DNA of 64,000 bases from Patescibacteria group bacterium (GTDB taxonomy: Bacteria > Patescibacteriota > Patescibacteriia > JBAZBY01), in NCBI GenBank assembly GCA_041671225.1, contig JBAZBY010000001.1, positions 366,940 through 430,939 of the forward strand, in the 5' to 3' direction. This document shows positions 29,136 to 39,617 of the stretch, one piece after another (the stretch's first letter is position 1; each line of letters begins with the position of its first letter). The position numbers and the translations under genes are program-made. The notes under the pieces were generated by a model. The model was not told the origin of the DNA, ran no database searches, and was given only the letters and a program-made list of their open reading frames with translations.

Positions 29136-30194
29136 TTATTGTTCTTGCCAGCTGTCCTGCCCGATGTTGTACGTGAGGATGATATCCGCGATCTGCTGGT
29201 AGATCGCACCAAGATCCTGTGCAGTTGGAGCCGGGAAGTACATCTTTGTCCCGCCGATATCTGATGCAATGTCCGTGAGGAGCGCAGGGTTCACGCTGTT
29301 GCCAAGTCCGATGGAAAAAATTACGATGCCGTTCGCCTTTGCCGTATGTGCGGACGTACGCGTCATTGCCGTTGCTGTCGCTTCATTGATCGGCTGATTC
29401 GGCTTTCCATCCGTGAGAAGCAACATCGCCCTCGTTCGGCCTGGCCACATCACTTCTGTCAGTTGATCTGCGGCGATATCGATGGCGGCGCTGATATTCG
29501 TGTTACCGTAAGGATCGGTGATGTTCGCAATGCGCGTCTGGACGGAGGCAAGGTCTGTTGTTGGAGCAGTATCGAGTGCGGCATTCTCGTTGTATATAAC
29601 GAGGCCGATCGCATCAAAGGCTGGATCAAGATTATCCACGAATATCGATGCTGCTTCTTGCGCTGTGGCAAATGGCTCCAGGCGCGGGCCCCAGATTGCA
29701 TGAGCAGCAAGACATGGATTGCGATCGACATAAAGTCCGTTGCTGCAGGAATCGTCATCCATGCTTCCGGAGCGGTCAAAGACATGCATGAGTGCCGTAG
29801 GAGTGTGGCTTGCCGCAGGTCCTGCATCGCGATAAGAAGAAACAACAGTCCTCTCATGTGCAGCAGCAGTTCCGGTTGCCTGCAAATTTCCGCTTGCCCC
29901 GGACGCCTGAATGGTGAGGACGCACGATGCATCCCCGACGATTAGCGGAGCGGAAGCGGTGTAGGTGCTCGTATATGCTGCATTCGTCCGGAGCTGCAGA
30001 TAGCCTTCCTCAATACAGCCCTGCGCGGCAAAGAAAGCCTGTTCCGTGGTCGCATCTTGTTCCGTGCGGGTGTGGTCTTTGATCGCAATGGCGTTGCCGC
30101 GGAGCGCAAGCATGAGTAAGATAGCTGCGGAGAAAAAAACCACTGCGAGCGTGATGGCGCCTTTTTCGCTGTTGTATTGTGGTGTGGTGTTCAT
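29136..30194 (-). CDS. PilX-like minor pilin fused to a vWA domain
   Basis: KG|AITL prepilin lacking E5, QAFFAAQGCIEEG, MIDAS DRSGS, TNI, LLTDG. Confidence 0.82.
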   Translation of the reverse strand: MNTTPQYNSEKGAITLAVVFFSAAILLMLALRGNAIAIKDHTRTEQDATTEQAFFAAQGCIEEGYLQLRTNAAYTSTYTASAPLIVGDASCVLTIQASGASGNLQATGTAAAHERTVVSSYRDAGPAASHTPTALMHVFDRSGSMDDDSCSNGLYVDRNPCLAAHAIWGPRLEPFATAQEAASIFVDNLDPAFDAIGLVIYNENAALDTAPTTDLASVQTRIANITDPYGNTNISAAIDIAADQLTEVMWPGRTRAMLLLTDGKPNQPINEATATAMTRTSAHTAKANGIVIFSIGLGNSVNPALLTDIASDIGGTKMYFPAPTAQDLGAIYQQIADIILTYNIGQDSWQEQ

Positions 30195-30658
30195 TAGCGT
30201 CCTTGTCGGTATGCAATGGTCGAATGGATGCTTTGGGATTGCGTACCCACCTGTATGGTGAGTGAGACCTGAAGCGCGGAGGAAACAGTTTGGAATGTGG
30301 CGTTTGTGACCGTTGCATCTGCGTCGATCACGGAAATAAGATTTGGCGGTGTGCCAACAGCGTTGCCGATAAGTAAGGCATTGTTTTCGTACCGCATGCG
30401 GGTAATAACGGGGTTCGTGTCCGGCTCTGCATAAAAATCGACTTGACCCGGCTGAATTTCAATGTGGTATGCGTTGCGTGCCGCATAGGTGATCGTTGAG
30501 AGGGTATTCCGCGCGATCTCCTGTGCGTGTTGCTGATCGGCAAGTAAGGTCTGTTGCCTGGTCATGTTGAGCACCATACCTCCAAAGAACGTGAGCACCA
30601 TTCCGGAGAGCCCGAGGTACAGGAGAACTTCTATCATCGTTATGCCGCGTTGGTTCAT
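30194..30658 (-). CDS. type IV minor pilin (PilW-like)
   Basis: NQRG|ITMIEVLLY. Confidence 0.82.
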   Translation of the reverse strand: MNQRGITMIEVLLYLGLSGMVLTFFGGMVLNMTRQQTLLADQQHAQEIARNTLSTITYAARNAYHIEIQPGQVDFYAEPDTNPVITRMRYENNALLIGNAVGTPPNLISVIDADATVTNATFQTVSSALQVSLTIQVGTQSQSIHSTIAYRQGR

Positions 30659-30663
30659 CGTCG

Positions 30664-31152
30664 TTATTTCCAATGAGTGAGAAAGGTTTCCAACTGTTCG
30701 GTTTTGGGCAGATCTCCTTCATGCCACGATACCGTGACGGTCGCGTGGCGTACTTGGTCATCGTCCACCCCGTTCAGCGAAAGCTTTCCGAGCGCATCGC
30801 GGTGTCCCGGAGTGATCTGGAGCAAACGCGAGAACGTGCTGTCGATGGCCTCACCGTCAGGAAGGGCCGTTTCCACCTGGAGTACCAGATTCCCGCTTTG
30901 TTCCACGATGCGGTAGTATTCTTCACCTGGTGTCAGTGTGAGATTGCTCCAATCGTCATACTTCATGGCGAATACTTGCTCCATGGTTTCCTTTGCGTAT
31001 GCGGCTGCCTGCCCCTTGAGCTCCGATGCTGTGGTGAGTTTGCTGTTCGCACCGATGAGCGCTCCGACGGCCAGACTGAAGATGACGCCGATGCCCAATG
31101 TGAGCAACACTTCCAGTACAAGACTGCCGCGTTGTGTGGTGTTGTTCTTCAT
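30664..31152 (-). CDS. type IV minor pilin (PilV-like)
   Basis: QRG|SLVLEVLL, AAAYAKETME. Confidence 0.8.
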   Translation of the reverse strand: MKNNTTQRGSLVLEVLLTLGIGVIFSLAVGALIGANSKLTTASELKGQAAAYAKETMEQVFAMKYDDWSNLTLTPGEEYYRIVEQSGNLVLQVETALPDGEAIDSTFSRLLQITPGHRDALGKLSLNGVDDDQVRHATVTVSWHEGDLPKTEQLETFLTHWK

Positions 31153-31586
31153 TGGATATGTGCGTCAATGATCCCTGGCTGTGCAATGGTGAGGAGTGCG
31201 CTTTGCGTACCGCGCGTGAGCGTTAATGTTGCATTTGTATCCGGCACGCCCGTGAGCTTGGCAAATATGACGGTTCCTGGGGCGAGGTTGCAGTTCACTC
31301 CACTTGGCAATAGAGTGGCTTCTTCCACGCTCCGCACTCCGGTGCTGGTGATGCCAAACCGCGTGAATGTCGCGCCGTTGCATTCCATGCCCCATTTCAA
31401 ACCACGTACGGATGTTCGCGACATGCTCTGCGTCTCTTCTATGCGCTGCTCGGCATCTGCAACTTCATTTCCAAAAGCAGTGCGCTTGTGGCTTGCCATG
31501 AGCGCCCCAACTCCAATACTAAACAGCACGGTGATCATGCTGATCACTGCAAGCACTTCGATCAATGTGGTGCCGCGCTGGTTCAT
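31149..31586 (-). CDS. type IV minor pilin (FimT/GspH-like)
   Basis: NQRG|TTLIEVL, VIFAKLTG. Confidence 0.82.
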   Translation of the reverse strand: MNQRGTTLIEVLAVISMITVLFSIGVGALMASHKRTAFGNEVADAEQRIEETQSMSRTSVRGLKWGMECNGATFTRFGITSTGVRSVEEATLLPSGVNCNLAPGTVIFAKLTGVPDTNATLTLTRGTQSALLTIAQPGIIDAHIQ

Positions 31587-31589
31587 ATA

Positions 31590-32798
31590 TCAGATGACGT
31601 TCACAAAGTTCCAGAGAGGGAAGAACACGGCAAAGGCAAGTCCGCCGACGACCACGCCGGCAATGATGAGTAAGATAGGCTCAAGAAGCGTTGCGACGTT
31701 TTCTGACCACTGTTCCAGATCTTCGTCGTAATACCGCGCAAGATTCGTGAACATGTCATCCAGGTGGCCGGTCTTTTCTCCGGTTCCCACCATGCGCCGG
31801 AAGACCGGCAAGTAGATGGCAGGATTCCCTTCCACGATATCGGTAAGACTCACGCCGCGCCGTACGAGGCTGCCTCCGTGTTGCAATGCTTCACGGTACA
31901 GGACGTTCGGTGCAGAATTTGCAGTGAGCAATAATGCCTGATCGAGCGATACGCCTGCCTTTGCGAGCATGGCAAGTGAACGGCTGATGAGCGCGATATT
32001 CACTTTTTGTAACACCGTTCCGATGAGCGGAAGTGCGAGTTGTATTTTGTGCAATTGTCTTTGCACGCGCGGAAGGTGGTGGACTTCCCTCTTGGCAATG
32101 AAGACAAACAGTATGAGGATCGCGAGAGCGTATGCGCCGTATGTTGCCATGAACGTGCTCGTGTCGATGAGCAGTTGCGTAAAAAACGGGAGAGATACGG
32201 AAGAATCAGCATAGATCTCTGCAACGCGCGGGATCACGAAGAGCATCATCATGATGACGATACCGATCATGGTGATGAGGATCAGGATAGGGTACAGCAA
32301 TGCGTTGCGGATCTTGCGCATGATGCGCAAATTTCCTTCCTGTTGTTTTAACAGGAATTCCAGTGCCTCGATGAGTTTTCCGCTTCGTTCGCCGACGAGC
32401 ACCATGGCTCGGTACAAACCGGAGAACACATGAGGGAAATGATTGAGACTCATTGACATCGGCTGCCCATGTTCAACGGTGGTTATGATATCTTGGATGA
32501 TCATCTGCATGCGGGGATGGTCTGTCTGTTGTTTCATGGTTGCGAGCGATTCTGTGAGGGGGAGACCAGCGCGCAGCATCGTCATCATGTTTCGGGTGAA
32601 TATGATGCGATCCATTTGTGAGACGCCGCGTCGGAACAAGCGGCGGGTCTTATGTTTTGCCGTCATTTTGTCCAGCCGAACGGTGGTGAGGCCGGTGTGG
32701 TGCATTTTTTTTGCCGCATGCGCCCGCGTCCATCCTTGGATGGTTCCTCGTTCAATGGCGTTTTCCAGCGTAAGTGCGGTGTATGTATAGGTGGTCAT
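31590..32798 (-). CDS. pilC: type IV pilus/T2SS platform protein
   Basis: GERSGKL, ALLYP, GEKTGHLD, LLEP; two T2SSF repeats. Confidence 0.92.
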   Translation of the reverse strand: MTTYTYTALTLENAIERGTIQGWTRAHAAKKMHHTGLTTVRLDKMTAKHKTRRLFRRGVSQMDRIIFTRNMMTMLRAGLPLTESLATMKQQTDHPRMQMIIQDIITTVEHGQPMSMSLNHFPHVFSGLYRAMVLVGERSGKLIEALEFLLKQQEGNLRIMRKIRNALLYPILILITMIGIVIMMMLFVIPRVAEIYADSSVSLPFFTQLLIDTSTFMATYGAYALAILILFVFIAKREVHHLPRVQRQLHKIQLALPLIGTVLQKVNIALISRSLAMLAKAGVSLDQALLLTANSAPNVLYREALQHGGSLVRRGVSLTDIVEGNPAIYLPVFRRMVGTGEKTGHLDDMFTNLARYYDEDLEQWSENVATLLEPILLIIAGVVVGGLAFAVFFPLWNFVNVI

Positions 32799-32807
32799 AA
32801 AGATGTC

Positions 32808-34469
32808 TTAGCGTATGACTCGGGCGATCTCTTTTGGAGTTGTCTGATGCGTGCGCACTTTCTCCAGCGCGTTATGGTGCAGAAAGCGCATTCCCAGTTG
32901 CGTTGCGCGTTCGCGCAGGCGCATGACAGGCGCACGATCGATGATCAGGCCATGGAACGATTCATCGATGACCATGGTCTCAAAGATGCCGCTGCGGCCG
33001 ATGAATCCGGTATCAAGGCATTCACTGCAGCCTGTTGCTTCAGCAACCACGAGCGGCTGTCTTTGTTCTTCCGGCGTCTGTGCCGCGCGGAGCGGTTCCG
33101 GCAGGTTGGTCATTGTGTACGTTTTTTTGCAGCGTGCGCAAAGCGTGCGTACAAGGCGCTGACTCACCACTGCACGAAGTGCTGCGGTAATGAGGTATGG
33201 CTCAATGCCCATATCAATGAGGCGCGGCACTGCCCCCGCAGCATTACGCGTGTGGAGCGATGCCAGCACGAGGTGTCCGGTCAGAGCGGCGTTGATGGCG
33301 ATTTCCGCTGTTTCGCGGTCGCGTATCTCACCCACAAGGATGATATCCGGATCCTGTCGGAGAATGGCTCTGAGCCCGCGCGCAAAGGTGAGGCCTGCGC
33401 GTGAGTTCGCCTGGATCTGGTTCACGCCATCAAGATGGTATTCGATTGGATCTTCGATGGTGGAGATGTTCAAGTGGCTTCGATCAAGCTCATTAAGCAT
33501 GGCATACAGTGTTGTTGTCTTGCCGGAGCCGGTTGGGCCGGTGACAAGGACAAGGCCGCTTGAGCTTGTGAGTAATTTTTTAATCTGTTGGCGCTGCGCA
33601 TCGTCTATGCCAAGCGCTTCAAGACTGAGCTGTTGCGGTGCCGTATCCAAAAAACGCAATGCAGCTTTTTCTCCGTGAAGCGTCGGAACGATGGAGACGC
33701 GGATGGATGCGCGAACGCCGTCGTCGTGAAATGTCACGCGGCCGTCCTGTGGCTGTTGATGTTCATCAAGACGAAGATTCGCCAGGACCTTAAGGCGTGC
33801 GAGAAGCGATGCATGCAATTCTTTTGGAAGGTGGTACTGCTCATAGAGCACGCCATCGATGCGGAATCGGACGACAACGGATTCTTCCATGGGCTCCACA
33901 TGCACATCGCTTGCCTTGCGCTCCAGCGCGAGGTGGATGAGGTGGTGCATGACCTCCATACTTGCAGAGGATTCCGGATTTTGTGCGGTATCTATATTCT
34001 GTGCGGAAATTGCATCAATACGCTCGGCATGGTCCGTGTGTGATTGTCCGTATACTCGCTTAACGGCATCCAGGATATCCTGCTCTGCGGCAAGGAATGG
34101 GATGATGGACTTTCCAACTTGTGCACTCAAGTGTTTTGCAAGGTCGGTCGTTTCCGGCTTTGCAAATGCAACGTACATTTCATTGTCATCTTCGTAAAAA
34201 GGGAGTGCACACAATGTTTCTGCGATCTCTCGCGGAAGACGTGCTGTAAGGTTCGGTGCAATGGCGGTATCCTGCAAAGATACCACGGGAATGTGGTATT
34301 CATCGCGAAGGCGCTTGAGGAGCGTGCTATGCTCCACGTCTTCTTGCTGCATATAAAAATCCAACACATTGCCTTGCTTCGCTTTTTCAAAACTTCGGAA
34401 GCGTTTGGCCATGTGCTTATCCATGAGCCCCTCTTGTTTCAGCGCGTGGATGAGCTTTTTGATCGACAT
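32808..34469 (-). CDS. pilB: type IV pilus assembly ATPase
   Basis: N-terminal domain, ASDVHVEP, GPTGSGKTT, LRQDPD, CARC...CSEC zinc motif. Confidence 0.93.
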   Translation of the reverse strand: MSIKKLIHALKQEGLMDKHMAKRFRSFEKAKQGNVLDFYMQQEDVEHSTLLKRLRDEYHIPVVSLQDTAIAPNLTARLPREIAETLCALPFYEDDNEMYVAFAKPETTDLAKHLSAQVGKSIIPFLAAEQDILDAVKRVYGQSHTDHAERIDAISAQNIDTAQNPESSASMEVMHHLIHLALERKASDVHVEPMEESVVVRFRIDGVLYEQYHLPKELHASLLARLKVLANLRLDEHQQPQDGRVTFHDDGVRASIRVSIVPTLHGEKAALRFLDTAPQQLSLEALGIDDAQRQQIKKLLTSSSGLVLVTGPTGSGKTTTLYAMLNELDRSHLNISTIEDPIEYHLDGVNQIQANSRAGLTFARGLRAILRQDPDIILVGEIRDRETAEIAINAALTGHLVLASLHTRNAAGAVPRLIDMGIEPYLITAALRAVVSQRLVRTLCARCKKTYTMTNLPEPLRAAQTPEEQRQPLVVAEATGCSECLDTGFIGRSGIFETMVIDESFHGLIIDRAPVMRLRERATQLGMRFLHHNALEKVRTHQTTPKEIARVIR

Positions 34470-34604
34470 AGGTTTGATAAAATAACCGGACACCTTACAC
34501 AAAATCCCCCTTCTTGTCAAGGAGTAGGATGATTTTTCTTGCTAATAATAGCGGTTATTTTGACCTATTCAACTGTAGCAGTCGTTCGTTTTGGAAGATG
34601 TACC

Positions 34605-35204
34605 TTAACCCGGGCTCTGGCCGACGCCGGAGCTCTTTTTGAGTTTGTTTATCTCTTTTTCCAATGTTCCGATGTATTTTTCCATCTTTTTTGTGCGTTC
34701 CGTGAACTTTGATTCGAGGTGATTTGTATGGCCGGCAAGCGTCTCAGCGACCATCATCATTTCTGAGACGTCTTCCATGGCCAGCAGTATGATGTGCGGC
34801 AAAAGTTTCGTAGCGGCTCCCTCTTGAAAATGGATCTGGCGGGCATTGAGGATCATGACCTTGTGTCCGATGAAAGGGAACTCATGTGAAACTTCAAAAC
34901 CTTTGAAAAAGGTATTCTTCGGAAGGATGTCCTCCAGGAGTTTTTTGAGTGCAGGAATATTCCATTGGCCATTCCCAAGTTCATACACTACCTTGCCGTC
35001 GGTATCCTTTTGTTCCACCTGGAACGTCCGGTAGAAGGATTCATTGGCCGCTATGACACGAAGATCTTCATCAAGGATCAATACCGGCTCCCGCACAATA
35101 TCCACCACTGTTCTGATGTATGTCCAACTTTCTTCCCGCAAGCGGTCGAAAAGATCAGACCCGATGTTCTGAAATGTCTGTTCGGTATACTTTGTTGTTT
35201 CCAT
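34605..35204 (-). CDS. stand-alone PAS-domain protein with coiled-coil tail
   Basis: VREPVLILDEDLRVIAANESFY...YELGNGQWNIP. Confidence 0.85.
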   Translation of the reverse strand: METTKYTEQTFQNIGSDLFDRLREESWTYIRTVVDIVREPVLILDEDLRVIAANESFYRTFQVEQKDTDGKVVYELGNGQWNIPALKKLLEDILPKNTFFKGFEVSHEFPFIGHKVMILNARQIHFQEGAATKLLPHIILLAMEDVSEMMMVAETLAGHTNHLESKFTERTKKMEKYIGTLEKEINKLKKSSGVGQSPG

Positions 35205-35440
35205 GTATATAAAGACGCGTAAGAGATCAAATTCTTACAATGCACCATACGCCGCAGCAAGCTGCATCGCGGTACCACGGCATTTCTCTTTTAGTGGTAT
35301 GATTGTAATGCTCCTGTCATAGGCATCATTCTTTCTGGAATGGCAATATAGTCGCAAAATGGGAGCTTTCCATCAATAACGACTGTTCTACTGTAATACT
35401 CGTGTAATAATACCCATCTTCGGGCGGCTTTATATATGTA

Positions 35441-35953
35441 ATGAACCCTACACAGACAACCAAATTACAGGCAGTTTTGGCCACGGCACACCATGACTAT
35501 CAAAAAGGGCTCACGACCCATGCTTTTTTCAAGGTGCCTGACCGCACGATGAGCGACGACCTTGTCCAAGACACCTTCATGAAAACATGGAGTTATCTGA
35601 TCAAGGGAGGAAAGATCGATGTAATGAAGGCCTTTCTCTATCATGTCCTTAACCATCTGATTGTGGATGAATATCGAAAGAACAAGACGGTCTCGCTTGA
35701 CGTCCTTCTTGAAAAAGGATTTGAACCGAGCATCGACCCTTCCAAGCGCTTGGTCAATTTTTTGGACGGAAAAACCGCGCTGTTGTTGATCCAGCGCCTT
35801 CCACAGAAATATCAAAAAGTGATGCGCATGCGGTATACTCAGGATCTTTCGCTGCAGGAAATGTCCCTTATTACCGGACAATCAAAGAATGCTATGGCAG
35901 TGCAAGTCCATCGAGGGCTTAAGAAATTGAAACAGCTTTATTATCCCATATAA
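35441..35953 (+). CDS. ECF-type RNA polymerase sigma factor
   Basis: DDLVQDTFMKTW, KAFLY, region 4 LSLQEMS...VQVHRGLKKL. Confidence 0.9.
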   Translation: MNPTQTTKLQAVLATAHHDYQKGLTTHAFFKVPDRTMSDDLVQDTFMKTWSYLIKGGKIDVMKAFLYHVLNHLIVDEYRKNKTVSLDVLLEKGFEPSIDPSKRLVNFLDGKTALLLIQRLPQKYQKVMRMRYTQDLSLQEMSLITGQSKNAMAVQVHRGLKKLKQLYYPI

Positions 35954-36128
35954 ATAAGGAAAAGAAGGAGAAAAAGTGGCGGAGCGTCGTATCGGGTACT
36001 TGTAATGGATTCTTTTACAGCACGGCATATACAGTACAGAGGCAGTACGCACTAGAGTAACTTTTAACCCATGTATCATGGGGTGCACCTTGTCCACGGT
36101 GCTCAACTCATTTTATAAGAAATTTTCT

Positions 36129-36683
36129 ATGGCTGATCCAAATTTTTCCCCCTCGCACAGCGAGGATGAACTGACCAAGGTTTCGAATGCGAATTCCGAA
36201 CAAACGATACGAAAGAGCACAGCAACGGGAACCAATCAGGTAGCCCAAACGGTCTCAACGTCGACAAAAACGCCGACAAGCCAGTCAACAAAGACCGAAC
36301 ACACCGTTGGCGCAACACCGGGTGCGGAGAAAACATACGGAACAAAGAAAACCCTTTTTCACGCCTACCAGGTCATCTGGTACCTTTTCGGCTTTATTGA
36401 GATCGTTCTCGCATTCCGCTTCGTCCTCAAACTGCTTGGCGCAAACCCTGAAGCCGGATTCAGCGCGTTTGTCTACAACGTCAGCGCACCGTTCGCCGGC
36501 CCATTCGCGAGTATGTTCCAGGCCTCAGCAAATGAAGGTATTGAAACGACCTCCTTCTTTGAGTGGTCAACACTTGTAGCTGCTTTTGTCTACATCGTCA
36601 TCACGTGGGGCGTCATTAAGATCTTCAAACTCGGTAATCCAAAAGACCCCAAGGAGATCGTCAGATCAGTTGATAGTGAATAA
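36129..36683 (+). CDS. YggT-like membrane protein with Ser/Thr-rich N-terminus
   Basis: LAFRFVLKLLGANP..GF..FVY.VSAPFAGPF. Confidence 0.8.
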   Translation: MADPNFSPSHSEDELTKVSNANSEQTIRKSTATGTNQVAQTVSTSTKTPTSQSTKTEHTVGATPGAEKTYGTKKTLFHAYQVIWYLFGFIEIVLAFRFVLKLLGANPEAGFSAFVYNVSAPFAGPFASMFQASANEGIETTSFFEWSTLVAAFVYIVITWGVIKIFKLGNPKDPKEIVRSVDSE

Positions 36684-36699
36684 TACCGAAGGATACTAT

Positions 36700-36861
36700 A
36701 TGGCGGAATCAAACTCCAAAAAACCTGCAAAGAAAAAAGGTCATCCATTGCGCAAGCTCGTTGGTACGGTCGTCGTTGCTGGTGCGACCTATGCGGTGGA
36801 AAAAATGATCGAATCCCGCAGGAACAAGAAGGCACTGAAAAAAAAGAAAGAATCTTCATAA
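36700..36861 (+). CDS. small basic protein
   Basis: MAESNSKKPAKKKG...; in an operon-like run. Confidence 0.55.
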   Translation: MAESNSKKPAKKKGHPLRKLVGTVVVAGATYAVEKMIESRRNKKALKKKKESS

Positions 36862-36874
36862 CAAACTCACACAT

Positions 36875-37024
36875 ATGTTATTGATCATCGGAATAATTGT
36901 TCTTGGACTGTGGTTGCTTGGGTTCGTTTTTCACTTTTTAGGAGGATTCATTCATATACTACTGGTCATTGCTGTCATCTTCTTTTTGATACGGGTGATC
37001 CAGGGTCGCAATCCATTGAAGTAG
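36875..37024 (+). CDS. lmo0937/DUF5670-family small membrane protein
   Basis: Manual translation MLLIIGIIVLGLWLLGFVFHFLGGFIHILLVIAVIFFLIRVIQGRNPLK. Confidence 0.85.
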   Translation: MLLIIGIIVLGLWLLGFVFHFLGGFIHILLVIAVIFFLIRVIQGRNPLK

Positions 37025-37130
37025 AGGAGGAGAAGCGAAGCGGCGGGCTTCCCCGTTGCTAAGAATCAGGAAAGGAGAAACCCAAAAAACTCCCCGCATA
37101 TATTGTGGGGCGTTTTTTGATTTGCCGTTA

Positions 37131-38704
37131 TCATAAATGGCGCCATCGGCTGGTACCCTGCAAAAGCCATACAGAAGCCTCGCGCCCGCCCTGGCCGCTC
37201 GCCACATAACTCTGCTCCGTGCCGGCAGCAACATCGTAGCTTCCTTTCCACCATGGCTCAAATGCGCGACGGGTTGCCACCACGTTGCCTTGAAGCGAAT
37301 AGGCCTTGAAATCCGGGCCGCCGTTGTTCGCGGGAGCAGTGAAGATTTCTGGCCCGTCGTTGGTAGAAAATTGATCTGCGACGCTCACCCGCACGCCGCC
37401 GCGGAAGCGTTCATCATATGCAAAGAACTGACTGTGTACTTTGCCGTTTATGTTGAATACCCGCACATGCGGCCCGCCGCCTGATCCTGCGCCGGTAATG
37501 ATGACCGCCGGACTCACATCGGTTGCGGCATGCGCCGCAACATCAATGCCGCCGCGGAATGTTTCTGCATATGCCAGGAATTGATTCAGGAGCGTGCCGT
37601 CAGAACGAAACACGCGCACATTCGGTGATTCATTCACCGCAGGTCCGGTGATGATCTCGGCAATGCCGTCACCGGTCATGTCCGCCGCGGCAACGCGGAC
37701 GCCGTGCCGCGAACTTTCGCCATATGCAAAGAATTGTTTGAGGACTTTTCCGGTGTTGTTGAATATCCGTACATGCGGCCCGCCGCCAGGGCCTGCGCCT
37801 GTGATGATCTCCTCCACGCCGTCTCCGTTCACGTCGCCGGTTGCCACGTCCAACCCGCCGTGGAAGCTTTCTGCATAGGCAAAGAACCAGGAACGCAGCT
37901 TTCCGCTCGCGCTATATATGCGGACATTGGGTCCTCCGCCAGGGCCGGTTGCAACCACAAGCTCCTCACCCGGACTTCCGGCATCCACATCCCCAACAGC
38001 AACGCTCGCCCCGCCCGTAAAATCGCCGTACGGAAGCAGTTCATTCACCAGCGCATCGCGCGGCACAGCTGCAGGGAGGTGGGTTGCCGCATGCAAACTA
38101 TCATAAGGATTGATCGGCGTGCCATCCGGCATGCGAATTTCAAAATGAAGATGCGGCGGCGTTGTCTCTGCATTGCCGCTATCACCAATATAGCCTAGCA
38201 TCTGTCCGGCTTTGACTTGTGCGCCGTCCATGACGCCCGGCACAAAGGCATTCCGTCCTCCGCCAAGCCCGTCGTCCGTACCCGGAGTGTCATTGTTGAT
38301 ATGGAGGTAGCGGTAACTCCACCCGTCTGCATTCTTTATCTCCACACCCCAGCCATATGATGCTTCAGGAAAGGTGGCCCACTGCACGCGACCGGAAACC
38401 GCCGCAAGAAGCGGACGCATCTTTTCCGCAAAGATATCATTGCCTTCATGGGTGCGGCCGCCGCTCCGCGGTGCGCCGAAGTCATTGCTGTAACTAACCG
38501 GGCCGAATACTGGAAAAACAATATTCCGTATTTCTGCCGCAGATGCCCTTGGAGCCATATTCGGTGCAAGCGCAATACAAAAAACCGCCACGAGGATGGC
38601 AACGGTCTTTTTGTGTTGGAGGAAGATTTTTGTGATTGGTTTTATTTTTCCCGGAGCTCTTTTTCCGGTGACAAAAAAGATACGTCTTCCGTATCTCTTT
38701 GCAT
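37131..38704 (-). CDS. M23 peptidase with FG-GAP-like beta-propeller repeats; start uncertain (probable 1-nt frameshift near 38645)
   Basis: HEGND, YLH, HLHFE; repeated GPGGGPHVRIF/FFAY/GDVNGDG. Confidence 0.85.
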
Positions 38705-38882
38705 AAAGAGTATAGCACGTTTTGACCGAACGGGCAAGCGTAGGCTCGTTCTGAATGTATTTTGGCGCGATTGACAATATAGTAAATAATCGTATATGTT
38801 TGAGATAACACGTGCCCTGGACCGTCCCGGGCGTGTGTCTCCGGTTGGAAGGCTTGCCTTCCATAACGCAGGAGGTTCCCTC

Positions 38883-39617
38883 ATGATGAAGCAGAAGCTT
38901 CTCATGCTGGTGATGATCGCGGTCGCGCTGATCATCACCACTCCGGTGGCCATCGCTGAGATTGCTCCGCTTTCTCCGCAGATGACCATCGTCGCTACCG
39001 GCAACCAGGCCCAGGATCGGGCTCAGGTCGCCGTCGCTTCCGTCGCGCAGAACGTTCCCGTCGCGCGCATCATCGCCGTCGAGAACGTCGCTTCCGTCGA
39101 GAACACCGGCAACCAGCCCGCGATTTGGGTCCAGGTCGCCGTCGAGAACGTCGCTTCCGTCGAGAACACCATCCCGCCGAACATCGTCACCGTCGCGAAC
39201 ACTCACTACAAGAAGATCACGACGACCAACGACGTTCAGGACGTGTTCAACATCAGGACGACGACGCCGGCAATCGAGGACGATATCGGCAACACGGACG
39301 CTGATCTCTTCCGGAAGACGACGACGCAGGTCAACGTGACCAACATCGACGACACCGGCGGCGGCATCGCCACCAACACGAAGATGGACGAACGCTCGGG
39401 CCAGAAGATCGACGCGAACAACATGGGCGAAGGCCTCGCCACCAATACCATCAACACGACGAACGGTATGGACGAGGCGGCCTACAACACCAGCGAGAAC
39501 ACCGGCGGCCTGAAGACGGGCTACGGCGGGAACCACCACAAGGCGGTGACGCTGAAGTTGCCTCTCCTCTCGTCGGCGCCGACGGCCACCTGGACGACGA
39601 CCCAGCTCAACGACTAG
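38883..39617 (+). CDS. secreted Thr/Asn/Val-rich ORFan with internal repeat (SD-cassette class)
   Basis: AGGAGGT SD; TTGACA at 38771; signal peptide; AVENVASVENT twice; strongly C/G-ending codons. Confidence 0.75.
   Translation: MMKQKLLMLVMIAVALIITTPVAIAEIAPLSPQMTIVATGNQAQDRAQVAVASVAQNVPVARIIAVENVASVENTGNQPAIWVQVAVENVASVENTIPPNIVTVANTHYKKITTTNDVQDVFNIRTTTPAIEDDIGNTDADLFRKTTTQVNVTNIDDTGGGIATNTKMDERSGQKIDANNMGEGLATNTINTTNGMDEAAYNTSENTGGLKTGYGGNHHKAVTLKLPLLSSAPTATWTTTQLND

Noticed and set aside
30673-33678. Long plus-strand ORFs over the pilin, pilC and pilB genes (and similar ones over hppA, tig, nusA)
   Set aside because: Antisense shadows of well-supported genes with no motifs of their own.
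38705-39539. N-terminal part of the 802-aa ORF 37131..39539 (-)
   Set aside because: It is the antisense shadow of the codon-biased gene at 38883-39617; only the M23/FG-GAP part is credible.
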